Sequence record: OR352946.1
Length of the DNA stretch: 64,000 bases
Reading direction: 5' to 3' (one strand)
Origin: Escherichia phage AV116
The notes under the pieces: model-generated
Told to the model about the DNA's origin: nothing
The model's input: only the letters and a program-made list of their open reading frames with translations
Databases searched by the model: none
Translations under genes and position numbers: made by a program
Shown here: in pieces, positions 46,334 through 58,364 of the stretch
Layout: each line of letters opens with the position of its first letter
Position numbering within the stretch: position 1 is the first letter of the stretch

Positions 46334-48066
46334 TGGAAATGATTAGCAGTAGCCTTAATTGGTTCGTGGGTGTTGTCGAGGACAGAATGGACCCATTAAA
46401 ACAAGGGCGAGTTCGAGTTCGAGTCGTTGGTCTTCATCCGGCACAGAGAGCACAAGGTGATGTACAAGGTATTCCTACAGAAAAACTTCCATGGATGACT
46501 GTTATTCAACCTATTACGTCTGCATCAATGTCAGGTATTGGTGGTTCTGTTACAGGTCCTGTTGAAGGAACTCGAGTATATGGTCATTTCTTAGACAAAT
46601 GGAAAACAAACGGGATTGTACTTGGTACGTATGGCGGAATTGTACGTGAAAAGCCTAATAAACTTGAAGGTTTTTCAGACCCGACAGGCCAGTATCCGCG
46701 ACGTTTAGGTAATGATACGAACGTATTAAACCAAGGTGGTGAAGCTGGTTATTATTCGAACTCTAACGTAATTCAAGATAACAACTTGGATTATGGTATA
46801 AACCCAGACGATACAGATTTAGCAAATATTCCAGAAGATGATGACCCTAATTTTACAATAACAGAAATGTTACGTCGTGACGAAGGTCTTCGTGATAAAG
46901 TGTATTGGGACCATCTCGGATATCCTACCGTAGGTATTGGTCACCTTATCGTAATGGAAAAGACCCGAGATATGTCTCGAATTAATAAATTGTTATCTGA
47001 TCAAGTAGGGCGTGAAGTAACAGGAAATCCCGGAACTATTACATTAGAAGAAGCAACAGCGTTATTTGAGAAAGACCTTGCTAAGATGCAGAAAGACATT
47101 CGTTCTAATTCTAAAGTAGGTCCTGTTTATGCTAAAATGAACAGGTCTCGTCAAATGGCATTAGAAAACATGTGTTTCCAAATGGGCGTTGGTGGTGTAG
47201 CAAAATTCAATACTATGCTTAAAGCAATGGCCACAGGTGATTGGAAAACCGCATACAAATCTGGTCGCGATTCGTTATGGTTCCAACAGACTAAAGGGCG
47301 TGCTTCACGTGTAACAACAATTATTTTAACTGGTAACATGGAATCATATGGCGTTCCTGTTAAAACACCACCTTCGCCAGGAGTTGGTGCTGATTTAGTT
47401 ACTAGAAATACCGATCCAGAAGACCCAGCCGGTCCTCCTGTTCCATTAGATTCACGCATCCTTTTTAAAGAACCGGAATCAAGTTATCGTGGTGAGTACC
47501 CATATGTTCATGCTATGGAAACAGAAAGTGGTCATATCCAAGAATTTGACGATACTCCAGGTAATGAACGTTATCGCTTAGTTCATCCAACAGGGTCATA
47601 TGAGGAAGTTTCTCCGTCTGGGCGTCGTACTCGTAAAACTGTAGAAGACCTTTTTGACATCACTAATGGTGATGGGAACTTCTTGATTTCTGGCGATAAG
47701 CTTGTTAACGTTGGTGCTAATGAAATATATTATAACATGGCAGACCGCCTCCATCAAATAGACGGCAATGACACAATCTTTATTCGTGGTAACCAATCTA
47801 AAACTGTTGAAGGCGATGGAACTCTTTACGTTAAGGGTAATATCAAAATAGTTGTTGACGGAAATGCAGATATTCTTGTTAAAGGTGATGCTAAAACTCA
47901 GGTCGAAGGGAATCATGATTACACCGTCAACGGAAACGTTAAATGGACTGTTAATGGTAATGTTGATATGACTGTTGCCGGGGATTGGGCAGAAACAATG
48001 TCTACAATGAGCTCAGTAGCTTCAGGACAATACACTGTTGACGGATCTCGTATTGATATTGGGTAA
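46333..48066 (+). CDS. 5: baseplate hub / tail lysozyme gp5
   Basis: 577 aa; OB-fold N-terminus, lysozyme domain (LRRDEGLRDKVYWDHLGYPTVGIGH), C-terminal beta-helix VxGxxxx repeats. Confidence 0.95.
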   Translation: MEMISSSLNWFVGVVEDRMDPLKQGRVRVRVVGLHPAQRAQGDVQGIPTEKLPWMTVIQPITSASMSGIGGSVTGPVEGTRVYGHFLDKWKTNGIVLGTYGGIVREKPNKLEGFSDPTGQYPRRLGNDTNVLNQGGEAGYYSNSNVIQDNNLDYGINPDDTDLANIPEDDDPNFTITEMLRRDEGLRDKVYWDHLGYPTVGIGHLIVMEKTRDMSRINKLLSDQVGREVTGNPGTITLEEATALFEKDLAKMQKDIRSNSKVGPVYAKMNRSRQMALENMCFQMGVGGVAKFNTMLKAMATGDWKTAYKSGRDSLWFQQTKGRASRVTTIILTGNMESYGVPVKTPPSPGVGADLVTRNTDPEDPAGPPVPLDSRILFKEPESSYRGEYPYVHAMETESGHIQEFDDTPGNERYRLVHPTGSYEEVSPSGRRTRKTVEDLFDITNGDGNFLISGDKLVNVGANEIYYNMADRLHQIDGNDTIFIRGNQSKTVEGDGTLYVKGNIKIVVDGNADILVKGDAKTQVEGNHDYTVNGNVKWTVNGNVDMTVAGDWAETMSTMSSVASGQYTVDGSRIDIG

Positions 48067-48069
48067 TAT

Positions 48070-48585
48070 ATGGCACAAATACTTCCTTTAAATACCGACT
48101 TAGGAGAAGACATGGAAGGGGCGTCTATTGACGTCCTTTTTACTCCGCAGTTAGAAACAACCGAAACTTTAGTGTCAATAAATATAACAGATTATGAACC
48201 GACACAAGGCATTACGGTAGATGGTAATCGTTTATATGGAACATATGAAAGTGTGTTTAGCTTTTCTTCGGACGCATTGAAATACCGATTAAATGATGAT
48301 TTTGAAACCGCATCTTCATGGGATGATTTACCAAAAGATGAGTCCACACAGTTATATTTGTGGAGAGCTCCTCAGAATCTTCGTAAAGTGTTTAGTTATA
48401 CGGTTGAAATGATTTATAACTACCAAGAAGAAAGTTCATCAGGCGGTTCTAGAAGCGACTCTGGTACAGAACCTCCACCGGCTCCAGTACAAAAAACTCT
48501 TACTAAGGTTTATACAAAAACTATAGTAGGAAATTGGAGCAAATGGGCTCATCAATTACGAAACTATGTTTATGAGAGGCCGTGA
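48070..48585 (+). CDS. 5.1: hypothetical protein 5.1-like
   Basis: 171 aa ORF between gene 5 and 5.4. Confidence 0.55.
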   Translation: MAQILPLNTDLGEDMEGASIDVLFTPQLETTETLVSINITDYEPTQGITVDGNRLYGTYESVFSFSSDALKYRLNDDFETASSWDDLPKDESTQLYLWRAPQNLRKVFSYTVEMIYNYQEESSSGGSRSDSGTEPPPAPVQKTLTKVYTKTIVGNWSKWAHQLRNYVYERP

Positions 48586-48881
48586 AAATGTCTGGCTTAA
48601 GTTACGACAAGTGCGTTACAACAGGTCATGAAGCATGGCCTCCTACTGTAATAAATGCTTCCCAATCTAAAGTGTTCACCGGCGGTATTCCTGTTCTTGT
48701 GGCAGGAGACCAAATAACACCTCATACAGAAATTAAAAAACCATACGAGACTCATGGAGGTGTTACTGAACCTCGTACATCTAAAGTATACGTCACCGGT
48801 AAAAAGGCCGTTCAAATGGCTGACCCAATTTCATGCGGGGATACTGTTTCTCAGGCCTCGTCAAAAGTCTTTATAAAATAG
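48582..48881 (+). CDS. 5.4: PAAR-repeat tail spike tip protein gp5.4
   Basis: 99 aa; PAAR-like repeats, position after gene 5. Confidence 0.8.
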   Translation: MKMSGLSYDKCVTTGHEAWPPTVINASQSKVFTGGIPVLVAGDQITPHTEIKKPYETHGGVTEPRTSKVYVTGKKAVQMADPISCGDTVSQASSKVFIK

Positions 48882-48889
48882 GAATTAAA

Positions 48890-50863
48890 ATGGCAAACAC
48901 TCCTGTAAATTATCAATTAACCCGAACAGCGAATGCTATTCCCGAGATTTTTATCGGGGGCACATTTGCCGAAATCAAACAGAACATTATCGAATGGCTT
49001 AATGGGCAGAATGAATTTCTTGATTATGATTTTGAAGGTTCACGCTTAAACGTATTGTGCGACCTTTTAGCATATAACACTCTTTACATCCAACAGTTCA
49101 GTAATAGTGCAGTGTATGAAAGTTTTATGCGTACTGCAAACTTGCGTAGTTCTGTTGTACAAGCGGCTCAAGATAATGGATATCTGCCTTCATCTAAATC
49201 AGCAGCACAAACAGAAATTATGCTAACATGTACAGATGCATTAAATAGAAACTATATCACCATTCCACGTGGCACTCGTTTCTTAGCATACGCTAAAGAT
49301 ACTTCTGTTAACCCGTATAACTTTGTTTCTACTGAAGATGTCATTGTAGTTAAAGACAAAAATAACCAATATTTTCCACGTCTTCGATTAGCTCAAGGAC
49401 GTATTGTTCGCACTGAATTAACATTTGATAGATTAAAACCTATCATTATTCGTGATAAGAATATTGACCGTAATTTGGTTAAGTTGTATGTTGACGGAGC
49501 AGAATGGATTAACTGGACTCGTAAGTCGATGGTTCACGCTGGTTCTACGTCAACAATCTATTATATGCGTGAAACAGTTGATGGGAACACCGAATTTTAT
49601 TTTGGTGAAGGCGAAATCTCTATTAACACGTCAGAAGGTGCGTTAACATCTAACTATATTGGTGGCCTTAAACCTGTTCAGGGTTCTAAAATCGTAATTG
49701 AGTATATTTCTACTAATGGCGCAGATGCTAACGGTGCTGTAGGATTTTCTTATGCTGATACATTAGCTAATATCACGGTAATCGATATTAATGAGAACCC
49801 TAGCAATAACCCAGACTTTGTTGGGGCCGACGGCGGTGGTGACCCTGAAGATATTGAACGTATCCGCGAATTAGGCACAATTAAACGCGAAACTCAACAA
49901 CGTTGTGTAACCGCTTCCGACTATGACACATTCGTTTCTGAGCGGTTTGGTTCTATTATTCAAGCGGTTCAAACATTCACAGATTCATCTAAACCAGGGT
50001 ACGCCTATATTGCTGCTAAGCCTAAATCTGGATTGTATTTGACTTCTGTCCAACGTGATGATATCAAAAACTATTTGAATGATTATAACTTAGGGACTAT
50101 TACACCTGTTGTTATTTCGCCTGATTATTTGTTTATCAAAATGAATATCAAAGTTACATATGCGTTGAATAAACTCCAAGAATCAGAACAATATCTTGAA
50201 GGGCAAATTATTAATAAAATTGACCGATATTATATTGAAGATGTAGAAATTTTTAACTCATCGTTTGCAAAATCTAAAATGCTAACTTATGTCGATGATG
50301 CAGATATTTCTATTATTGGTTCTTCAGCTACTATTCAAATGGTTCGCGAAGTACAAAACTTCTATAAAACGCCTGAGGCCGGTATTAAATACAATAATCA
50401 GATTAAAGATAGATCGATGGAATCTAATATATTCTCGTTTGATTCGCACAGACCTAATCCGGAAAATGCAAACGAAACTATTAAATACGGTGTTCGCATA
50501 GTATCTTCTGACCGTAATGACCGTGGCATAGGTCAAGTTATTATTGGTCCATTTGCAGATGGTGATGTTGTTGAAAACGAAAATATACAACCTTATACAG
50601 GTAATGATTTTAATAAACTTACTGTTACTGACGGACGAAACAAATACTATTCAATTGGTGAAGTGAATTATCCTGCCGATTCGATTTATTGGAACATTGC
50701 TAAAATTGACCTCACTTCAGACCGTTTTGAAGTTCAAACAATTGAACTTTATTCCGACCCTGCAGATGATATTATTTTTACAAAGGATGGTTCTTTAATC
50801 GTATTCGAAAATGACTTACGTCCTCAGTACTTAACTATAGATTTGGAGCCTATTTCACAATGA
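48890..50863 (+). CDS. 6: baseplate wedge protein gp6
   Basis: from MANTPVNYQLTRT; about 657 aa; synteny. Confidence 0.9.
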   Translation: MANTPVNYQLTRTANAIPEIFIGGTFAEIKQNIIEWLNGQNEFLDYDFEGSRLNVLCDLLAYNTLYIQQFSNSAVYESFMRTANLRSSVVQAAQDNGYLPSSKSAAQTEIMLTCTDALNRNYITIPRGTRFLAYAKDTSVNPYNFVSTEDVIVVKDKNNQYFPRLRLAQGRIVRTELTFDRLKPIIIRDKNIDRNLVKLYVDGAEWINWTRKSMVHAGSTSTIYYMRETVDGNTEFYFGEGEISINTSEGALTSNYIGGLKPVQGSKIVIEYISTNGADANGAVGFSYADTLANITVIDINENPSNNPDFVGADGGGDPEDIERIRELGTIKRETQQRCVTASDYDTFVSERFGSIIQAVQTFTDSSKPGYAYIAAKPKSGLYLTSVQRDDIKNYLNDYNLGTITPVVISPDYLFIKMNIKVTYALNKLQESEQYLEGQIINKIDRYYIEDVEIFNSSFAKSKMLTYVDDADISIIGSSATIQMVREVQNFYKTPEAGIKYNNQIKDRSMESNIFSFDSHRPNPENANETIKYGVRIVSSDRNDRGIGQVIIGPFADGDVVENENIQPYTGNDFNKLTVTDGRNKYYSIGEVNYPADSIYWNIAKIDLTSDRFEVQTIELYSDPADDIIFTKDGSLIVFENDLRPQYLTIDLEPISQ

Positions 50864-53800
50864 CAGTAAAAGCGCCAGCAGTCACAAGTCTCAGAATATC
50901 CAAGTTGTCCGCTAACCAAGTTCAAATACGCTGGGATGACGTTGGTGCTAATTTCTACTATTTCGTAGAAATCGCTGAGACTAAAACGGCAGACGGGGGA
51001 ATAATTCCCACTGCCAGCTACAGATGGATAAATTTAGGATATACTCCTAATAGCAACTGGTTCGAAAGTAGCTTAGACCCATTAACTTCTTATATTATTC
51101 GTGTATCAACTGCCGCCGAAGGCTTCGAGAGATCTGATTGGGTATATACCGAAATATTTGAATCATTTCAGACTAACGCGTATACATTTCAACATATGAT
51201 TGAAATGCAATTGGCTAACACTTTTATTAGAGAAAAATTTACAAATAACAACATGTCTTATGTCGATTTTAATAACGACACTATAATGGCAGCTCTAATG
51301 AATGAATCGTTCCAATTTAGCCCTGCTTATGCGGATATTTCATCTATTAAAAATTTCATTATTGGCGAAAATGAGTATCATGAAATTCAAGGTTCGATTC
51401 AACAGGTGTGTCATGATATAAACCGTGTTTATTTGATGGAATCCGAAGGAATTCTTTATTTGTTTGAACGGTATCAGCCTGTGGTTAAAGTCTCTAATGA
51501 TAAGGGACAAACCTGGAAATCGGTTAAATTGTTTAATGACCGTGTAGGGTACCCTGTATCAAGAACAGTGTATTACCAGACAGGTTATACCACGTATGTT
51601 CTTGGGTATGATAAATTATTTTACGGCCGTAAATCAACTGACGTTCGTTGGTCTGCTGATGATGTGAGATTTAGTTCTCAAGATATAACATTTGCTAAAA
51701 TTGGTGACCAGTTAAATTTAGGATTTGATGTAGAAATATTTGGTAACTACGCATCATTACCTGCTAACGTATCACGTATTGCAGAAGCTATCGTTTGCAA
51801 TGACGATTATGTATACGTTGCTGCTCGAGATAAAGTTCGTTTTATTAAAACTAGTAATGCCCCTATTGATTCAGACCCGTTATCTCCGACATATTCCGAA
51901 CGTTTGTTTGAACAAGAAACATTTAACATCACAGGTAACCCTAAGGCCGTTTGCTATAAAATGGATTCTGTCGGTGGTAAAATATTTGCACTGATTATCG
52001 GTGAAGTTGTTAATCTTAACGATGACCCGAGGACTACTCCTATTGTTGATTCTGCTGATAAGGGTATTTACGTTCTAGACCATGACGCTGGCACATTTAA
52101 ACGTGTGTTTGGTAATACTGAAGAAGAACGTCGCCGTATTGAACCAGGGTACACCAGTATGTCTACTGATGGTGTTGAGTTATCTATTTCATCTAGTAAT
52201 TTTAAATTTCTAGAATCGGACATTGTTGATGACCCAAAAACACAAGTCAAGTACGGTTTAATCGGTGCTGTTAAATATGAGTATCCTCGTGAATGGCTGG
52301 CTGATAAACATTATCATATGATGGCATTTATTTCAACTGAAGACTCTCAATGGGAATCGTTCACTCCTCAACCAATGGAATACTACGCTGAGCCATTCTT
52401 TAGTTATTCTAGAAAGTCTGGTACTCGTTGTTGGATTAATAACTCAGACAAGGCCGTTGTAATTTATTCTGATTTACTTTACACTAAGGTTATTGAGAAT
52501 CATCCACTTAGTTCTTCAGACCGTGAAGTTCATGAATATTGGAAGGACGGTGACTGTACAATAGTGATGCCTAACGTAGATTTCACCGGATTTAAAAAAT
52601 ATGCATCCGGCATGATTTTCTATAAATCATCAGGTGAGATTATTTCTTATTATGATTTTAGTTATCGTGTTAGAGATAATGTTTCTATAATTTGGAAGCC
52701 TACTAATATATTCTTAACAGCATCGTTACAAAACCAAGAAAAAGATACCACATGGACTCCTGTAGAAGAGAACGGCATTGCAGACCCAGATTTACGACCA
52801 TTGCTCACTACAATGATGCCGGAGTCTTATCTTTTAGATAATACAAACTTCGAAGCATTCTGCGAGGCTTATATTCAGTATCTTTCTGACGGTTATGGGA
52901 CCCATTATAACAACCTTTTGAATCTTATTAAAAATCAATATCCGCGCGAAGAACATGCGTGGGAATACTTATGGTCTGAGATTTATAAACGAAACATTTA
53001 CTTAAACGCCGAAAAACGCGATTTAGTGTCTCGTTTCTTTGAATCAAGAAGTTATGACTTCTATTCAACTAAAGGAACTGAAGCATCATATAAATTCTTG
53101 TTTAAAGTGCTTTATAACGAAGATGTTGAAATTGAAATTGAATCTAGTTCCGGGACTGAATATGATATCATCATTGAATCTGATTCGTTGACAGAAGATT
53201 TGGTCGGACAAACCATATACACCGCGACAGGGCGTTGTAATGTGACGTATATCGAGAGAAGTTACTCTAAAGGTAAATTACAATGGACAGTAACAATTCA
53301 CAACCTCTTAGGTCGTTTAATCCAAGGACAGGAAGTTAAAGCTGAAAGACTCCCTGGTTTTGAAGGTGAAATTGTTCGTGGTATTAAAGGTAAAGAGCTT
53401 TCTCAGAACAACATTGATTACATAAATCGTGGTAGAGCATACTACGTAATGAAGATTAAATCTAAACTTCCATCATCTCGTTGGAAATCAGACGTATTAC
53501 GTTTTGTTCATCCGGTTGGATTTGGATTTATCGCAATTACACTTCTCACAATGTTTATTAACACTGGATTAACACTTAAACATGTTGAAACCATTATTAA
53601 TAAATACAAAAACTATAAGTGGGATTCTGGATTACCGACTAAATATGCAGACCGAGTGGCTAAATTAGACCCACAAGGAAATTTTGAGTTTGACCCTATT
53701 ACAGGTAAAGCGATATATGAAATAGGCCCTATGGCTGGTCAAGATTATCCATTGCCTGAAGATTATAACGCTGAAAACAATAACTCCATATTTCAAGGTC

Positions 53801-53958
53801 AACTTCCATCGGAACGACGTAAACTGATGAGCCCGTTATTTGATGCTTCCGGAACAACATTCTCTAGATTTAGAGATTTGGTTGAACAACGGTTAATCGA
53901 TAATGTGGGAAATCCAAGAGACCCCGTGAATCCACCACAGGTTAAATTAGATGAATGA
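50860..53958 (+). CDS. 7: baseplate wedge protein gp7
   Basis: 1032 aa, same length as T4 gp7; synteny. Confidence 0.9.
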   Translation: MTVKAPAVTSLRISKLSANQVQIRWDDVGANFYYFVEIAETKTADGGIIPTASYRWINLGYTPNSNWFESSLDPLTSYIIRVSTAAEGFERSDWVYTEIFESFQTNAYTFQHMIEMQLANTFIREKFTNNNMSYVDFNNDTIMAALMNESFQFSPAYADISSIKNFIIGENEYHEIQGSIQQVCHDINRVYLMESEGILYLFERYQPVVKVSNDKGQTWKSVKLFNDRVGYPVSRTVYYQTGYTTYVLGYDKLFYGRKSTDVRWSADDVRFSSQDITFAKIGDQLNLGFDVEIFGNYASLPANVSRIAEAIVCNDDYVYVAARDKVRFIKTSNAPIDSDPLSPTYSERLFEQETFNITGNPKAVCYKMDSVGGKIFALIIGEVVNLNDDPRTTPIVDSADKGIYVLDHDAGTFKRVFGNTEEERRRIEPGYTSMSTDGVELSISSSNFKFLESDIVDDPKTQVKYGLIGAVKYEYPREWLADKHYHMMAFISTEDSQWESFTPQPMEYYAEPFFSYSRKSGTRCWINNSDKAVVIYSDLLYTKVIENHPLSSSDREVHEYWKDGDCTIVMPNVDFTGFKKYASGMIFYKSSGEIISYYDFSYRVRDNVSIIWKPTNIFLTASLQNQEKDTTWTPVEENGIADPDLRPLLTTMMPESYLLDNTNFEAFCEAYIQYLSDGYGTHYNNLLNLIKNQYPREEHAWEYLWSEIYKRNIYLNAEKRDLVSRFFESRSYDFYSTKGTEASYKFLFKVLYNEDVEIEIESSSGTEYDIIIESDSLTEDLVGQTIYTATGRCNVTYIERSYSKGKLQWTVTIHNLLGRLIQGQEVKAERLPGFEGEIVRGIKGKELSQNNIDYINRGRAYYVMKIKSKLPSSRWKSDVLRFVHPVGFGFIAITLLTMFINTGLTLKHVETIINKYKNYKWDSGLPTKYADRVAKLDPQGNFEFDPITGKAIYEIGPMAGQDYPLPEDYNAENNNSIFQGQLPSERRKLMSPLFDASGTTFSRFRDLVEQRLIDNVGNPRDPVNPPQVKLDE

Positions 53959-54955
53959 TTCAAGTGTTATCTATCGTGCAATAGTTACATCAAAATTTAG
54001 AACAGAGAAAATGCTGAATTTTTATAATTCAGTTGGGGATGGAGATGATAAGAACTCCATTTATATTACGTTTGGACGTTCAGAGCCTTGGGCGTCAAAT
54101 GAAAATGAGGTGGGCTTCGCCCCACCTTATCCTACAGATTCTGTTCTTGGTGTTACTGATATGTGGACCCATATGATGGGCACCGTTAAAGTTTTACCTT
54201 CAATGTTAGATTCTGTTATTCCTAGACGTGATTGGGGAGATGTGCGATATCCAGACCCTTACACGTTTAGAATTAACGATATAGTCGCATGTAATACTGC
54301 TCCGTACAACGCGACAGAAGTTGGAGCCGGTTGGTTAATTTACCGTTGTTTAGATGTCCCTGACGTAGGGCTCTGTTCAATAGAATCTTTAGATAATAAA
54401 GATGAATGTCTTAAATTGGGTGGTAAATGGACTCCGTCTGTTCGTTCTATGTCTCCTCCTGAAGGCAGAGGCGATGCTAATGGGGTTATCGAAACCGGTG
54501 ATGGATATATTTGGGAATATCTTTATGAGATTCCTGCCGATGTGTCAATTAACCGTTGCACTAATGAATATCTTGTAGTTCCATGGCCGGAAGAAATTAA
54601 AGAAGACCCCACCCGTTGGGGATATGAAAATAACTTAACTTGGCAACAAGATGACTACGGTTTGATTTACCGTGTTAAAGCTAATACGATGCGGTTTAAA
54701 GCATATTTTGATTCTGTTTATTTCCCTGAGGCAGCTTTGCCTGGTAACAAGGGTTTTAGACAGATATCAATTATCGCAAACCCGTTAGAAGCTAAGAAAA
54801 ATCCAAATGACCCTAATGTTAAAGCAGAAAAGGATTATTACGACCCTAGAGACCTGCAACGTCATTCTGGTGAAATGATTTATATGGAAAACCGACCACC
54901 TGTTATTATGGCAATGGACCAAACAGAAGAAATTAACATTTTGTTTATGTTTTAA
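53951..54955 (+). CDS. 8: baseplate wedge protein gp8
   Basis: 334 aa, same as T4 gp8. Confidence 0.9.
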   Translation: MNDSSVIYRAIVTSKFRTEKMLNFYNSVGDGDDKNSIYITFGRSEPWASNENEVGFAPPYPTDSVLGVTDMWTHMMGTVKVLPSMLDSVIPRRDWGDVRYPDPYTFRINDIVACNTAPYNATEVGAGWLIYRCLDVPDVGLCSIESLDNKDECLKLGGKWTPSVRSMSPPEGRGDANGVIETGDGYIWEYLYEIPADVSINRCTNEYLVVPWPEEIKEDPTRWGYENNLTWQQDDYGLIYRVKANTMRFKAYFDSVYFPEAALPGNKGFRQISIIANPLEAKKNPNDPNVKAEKDYYDPRDLQRHSGEMIYMENRPPVIMAMDQTEEINILFMF

Positions 54956-54959
54956 TTAG

Positions 54960-54986
54960 GGAGCCTTCGGGCTCCCATTTTTGTAT
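54960..54986 (+). terminator. rho-independent terminator after gene 8
   Basis: GGGAGCC-ttcg-GGCTCCC hairpin followed by ATTTTTG. Confidence 0.7.
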
Positions 54987-54987
54987 C

Positions 54988-54995
54988 TATAAATA
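54988..54995 (+). promoter_or_regulatory. late promoter TATAAATA upstream of gene 9
   Basis: exact TATAAATA about 33 nt upstream of ATG at 55028. Confidence 0.6.
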
Positions 54996-55027
54996 GAATA
55001 TAATATCGGACAACAAAAGGCAGAATT

Positions 55028-55900
55028 ATGGCATTTTTTAAGCAAACTCCTAAACAATTAATCGATACCGGCGAAATTGGTAATGCCTCAACAGGTGATA
55101 TCTTATTCGACGGTGGTAATAAAATAAATGACGATATCAACGCTATTTACAATGCATTTGGCGATCAACGTAAAATGGCCGTAGCAGATGGAACCGGACC
55201 TACAGGTCAAACTATTCATGCCACAGGCTATTATCAAAAAGGAAAGGCGGTCGATTATCAAACTCCTATTAAACCAGGCACTATGCATGATATTGATGCT
55301 TCTGATGGCGGTGTGATTGTTATTATTGACCGTCCTGAATTAGGTGACTCTGTAGAATTCATAAACTCTAATGGGTCTATTTCTGTTAACAATCCTTTAA
55401 GTATCCAAGTAACCGATGGTTCGATTAAAGGTGTTCTTAATAATCTTGTTATTTCAACCCCTTATACCCATGTTGTTCTTCGTTGTGTTGAACTTAATGG
55501 GCCAACTTCAGTATGGAATTATTCTACTGATAGCATGTTTGGGCAGAAAGAATCTCCTGTCGATGGGACTTGGAGTCTTACAGGAAACACAGTTTCTATT
55601 CCTCTGTTTTATCGCACTGATTATAACATGGCCAAATTGCTTGTTACATGCCAATCCGCCGACGGTAGAAAAATAAAAACATGCGAAATAAATATTCTAA
55701 TAGATACAATTAACTCAGAAGTTCTTTCTACCGAATTTGCAGTAATGCGAGTTGGTAATGTAGATGAAACCGACGAGATTGCTAATATTAGCTTTAGTAT
55801 TATTAACAACTTTGCTACTATGACGATTACATCCGATATTATTGGATTACGTTCGGCAGTTAAAATTATCTCAACTCAGAAAATTGGGGTCGCTCAATAA
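55028..55900 (+). CDS. 9: baseplate protein gp9 (long tail fiber socket)
   Basis: 290 aa; synteny. Confidence 0.9.
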   Translation: MAFFKQTPKQLIDTGEIGNASTGDILFDGGNKINDDINAIYNAFGDQRKMAVADGTGPTGQTIHATGYYQKGKAVDYQTPIKPGTMHDIDASDGGVIVIIDRPELGDSVEFINSNGSISVNNPLSIQVTDGSIKGVLNNLVISTPYTHVVLRCVELNGPTSVWNYSTDSMFGQKESPVDGTWSLTGNTVSIPLFYRTDYNMAKLLVTCQSADGRKIKTCEINILIDTINSEVLSTEFAVMRVGNVDETDEIANISFSIINNFATMTITSDIIGLRSAVKIISTQKIGVAQ

Positions 55901-57705
55901 TGAAACAAAATATTAAAATTGGTAACGTCGTTGATGACGGACAAGGCGATTACCTTCGTCGAGGTGGTGAAAAAATAAATGAGAACTTTGACGAAATCTA
56001 TTATGAATTAGGTGATGGTGAAGTTCCTTATGCCGCTGGCGCATGGAAGACTTATGATGCGGCTGATGGTCTTAATCTTAAGGCTGCTTGGGGTAAATCT
56101 TATGCAATTAATACTACTTCTGGGCGAGTTTCGGTAAATCTTCCTAAAGGGACAATTGCAGACTATAATAAAGTTATTCGTGCTCGTGACGTATTTGCAA
56201 CTTGGAACATTAACCCTGTTACTTTAATTCCGGCAAACGGAGACACGATTAAAGGTTCTTCATCTCCGGTAGAAATTAACGTTCAGTTCTCTGATTTAGA
56301 ATTAGTTTATTGTGCTCCTGGACGTTGGGAATACATCAAGAACAAACAAATTGATAAAATAGTTAGCTCCGACATTAGTAATGTTGCTCGTAGAGAATAT
56401 CTGGTTGAAACCCAAGGTCAGACCGATTTCATGGATGTTTTTAACGGGACCTCTTATAACGTTAACAACATTCGCGTAAAACATCGTGGCAACGAATTGT
56501 ATTATGGTGATGTATTCAGTGATAATAGTGATTTTGGTTCTCCAGGCGCTAATCCTGGTGAACTGGTTGCACTTGATGGATTTAATATTAGATTACGCCA
56601 ACCATGTAATGTTGGCGACACCGTACAAATTGAGACATTCCTAGATGGTGTTTCTCAGTGGCGTAGTTCATATACTCGTCGCCAAGTTCGCATTTTAGAT
56701 AGTAAATTGACTGCTAAAACGTCTATTGACGGAAGTATTTACGTCACTGATTTGAGTACGTTCCGGTCTATTCCATTTACAGCATTTGGTATTAATCCTA
56801 CAGAACCACCTAACCCGAATTCATTAGAAGTTCGCTTCAATGGTATTCTCCAAGAATTAGCTGGTACTGTTGGAACTCCTATTTTCCGTTGTGAAGGTGT
56901 GGATGCTGATTCTGAAGAGTCATGCGCTAATCTCGGTGGGACATGGACTCAATCGTATACAGATTATGCGATTGAATATACTGATAATATCCCTAGCGCA
57001 ATTCTGTTTGACCGTCAATTTGAAGACCAAGACATTATTACCATCACATGGTTTAATAACGATTTAGGAACTCTTCTTGAAATGGAAGAAATCCTTGATG
57101 TCGCTGATGAGAAATATGTTTCTCAAGGGTCTAACATTGAAATTACTGGTGACGTTGCATTAACCGATTTCGATAAAATTGGATGGCCTAATGTAGAACC
57201 TGTTCCTAAGTATGAACGTGAATTCTCTACTATCTCAGCAATATTTGATACAATTTATCCTGTCGGGACTATTTACGAAAATGCGGTTAACCCTAATAAT
57301 CCGGCCACTTATTTAGGTTTTGGTTCGTGGAAAATTTGGGGACAAGGCAAAGTATTAGCAGGTTGGAATGATGACGCGTCGGATCCTAATTTTGCATTAA
57401 ATAATAATGACCTTGACGTCAATGGTAACCCTACTCATACCGCAGGTGGTACCGTTGGTGTAACAACCATCACATTAGAAAATGCTGATTTACCAGCTAC
57501 ACAAACCGATGAAAAGGTTCTTATTTCTGATGATAATGGTACAGTAATTATAGGCGGTTGCCAATACGACCCGGATGAAGAAGGTCCTATTTACACTAAA
57601 TATCGTGAAGACCATGCAAAGACTAATGAATCTCATGTTCCAGCGCGTTCTATAACTAATATTCAGCCATCTATAACTGTATACCGTTGGGTAAGGATTG
57701 CATAA
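55900..57705 (+). CDS. 10: baseplate wedge protein gp10
   Basis: 601 aa; synteny. Confidence 0.9.
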   Translation: MKQNIKIGNVVDDGQGDYLRRGGEKINENFDEIYYELGDGEVPYAAGAWKTYDAADGLNLKAAWGKSYAINTTSGRVSVNLPKGTIADYNKVIRARDVFATWNINPVTLIPANGDTIKGSSSPVEINVQFSDLELVYCAPGRWEYIKNKQIDKIVSSDISNVARREYLVETQGQTDFMDVFNGTSYNVNNIRVKHRGNELYYGDVFSDNSDFGSPGANPGELVALDGFNIRLRQPCNVGDTVQIETFLDGVSQWRSSYTRRQVRILDSKLTAKTSIDGSIYVTDLSTFRSIPFTAFGINPTEPPNPNSLEVRFNGILQELAGTVGTPIFRCEGVDADSEESCANLGGTWTQSYTDYAIEYTDNIPSAILFDRQFEDQDIITITWFNNDLGTLLEMEEILDVADEKYVSQGSNIEITGDVALTDFDKIGWPNVEPVPKYEREFSTISAIFDTIYPVGTIYENAVNPNNPATYLGFGSWKIWGQGKVLAGWNDDASDPNFALNNNDLDVNGNPTHTAGGTVGVTTITLENADLPATQTDEKVLISDDNGTVIIGGCQYDPDEEGPIYTKYREDHAKTNESHVPARSITNIQPSITVYRWVRIA

Positions 57706-58364
57706 TGACTGTACTTAATACAAAGGCGGGAGTTATTTCCCGTCATGCTGATTTTTTGAATTACAGAAAAAATCCAGCTCAAATTGATGTTTTAAACAAC
57801 CAAGCTGTAGGTTCCGTGACTATTTCTCAGTTAGCTCGCGGTTTTTATGATGCTAACGTAGAATCTGCAATAAATGATGTCCATAATATGGCACGAGCTG
57901 ATATTGGTACTGTTGTCACAAACACTTCAGGCGTATCGCCTGAAGGTACAGCACAAGTTGATTATTGGACTTTTTCTGGTGATGTTCTCGACGATACTTT
58001 GGCCCCTGGAACGCCGGTCGTTATTAACGTATTTGGACTTGCTGTTAAAGCAACAATCGGTATGACTGATAACGAATTAACGGCACAAGTTCGTATAGCT
58101 TTACAAGAAGCCATTGCTAATCAAATCGCTATTTCTTCTTATAAAGACCATCCGTCTGAAGGTAATAAACTTCAGGTGACATATTTAGATAACCAACGTC
58201 ATGTGTTGCCAACATATGCTTCGTTTGGTGTAACAATTTCGCAAGAAATTTTGTCTGAAGCAAAATCCGGATACGGAACATGGAATTTATTGGGTGCCCA
58301 AACGGTTACTCTTGATAACCATGATACTCCTACCGTTTTCTACCACTTTGTGAGAGCCTCATGA
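57705..58364 (+). CDS. 11: baseplate protein gp11 (short tail fiber socket)
   Basis: 219 aa from ATG at 57705 (TAATG overlap with gene 10). Confidence 0.9.
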   Translation: MTVLNTKAGVISRHADFLNYRKNPAQIDVLNNQAVGSVTISQLARGFYDANVESAINDVHNMARADIGTVVTNTSGVSPEGTAQVDYWTFSGDVLDDTLAPGTPVVINVFGLAVKATIGMTDNELTAQVRIALQEAIANQIAISSYKDHPSEGNKLQVTYLDNQRHVLPTYASFGVTISQEILSEAKSGYGTWNLLGAQTVTLDNHDTPTVFYHFVRAS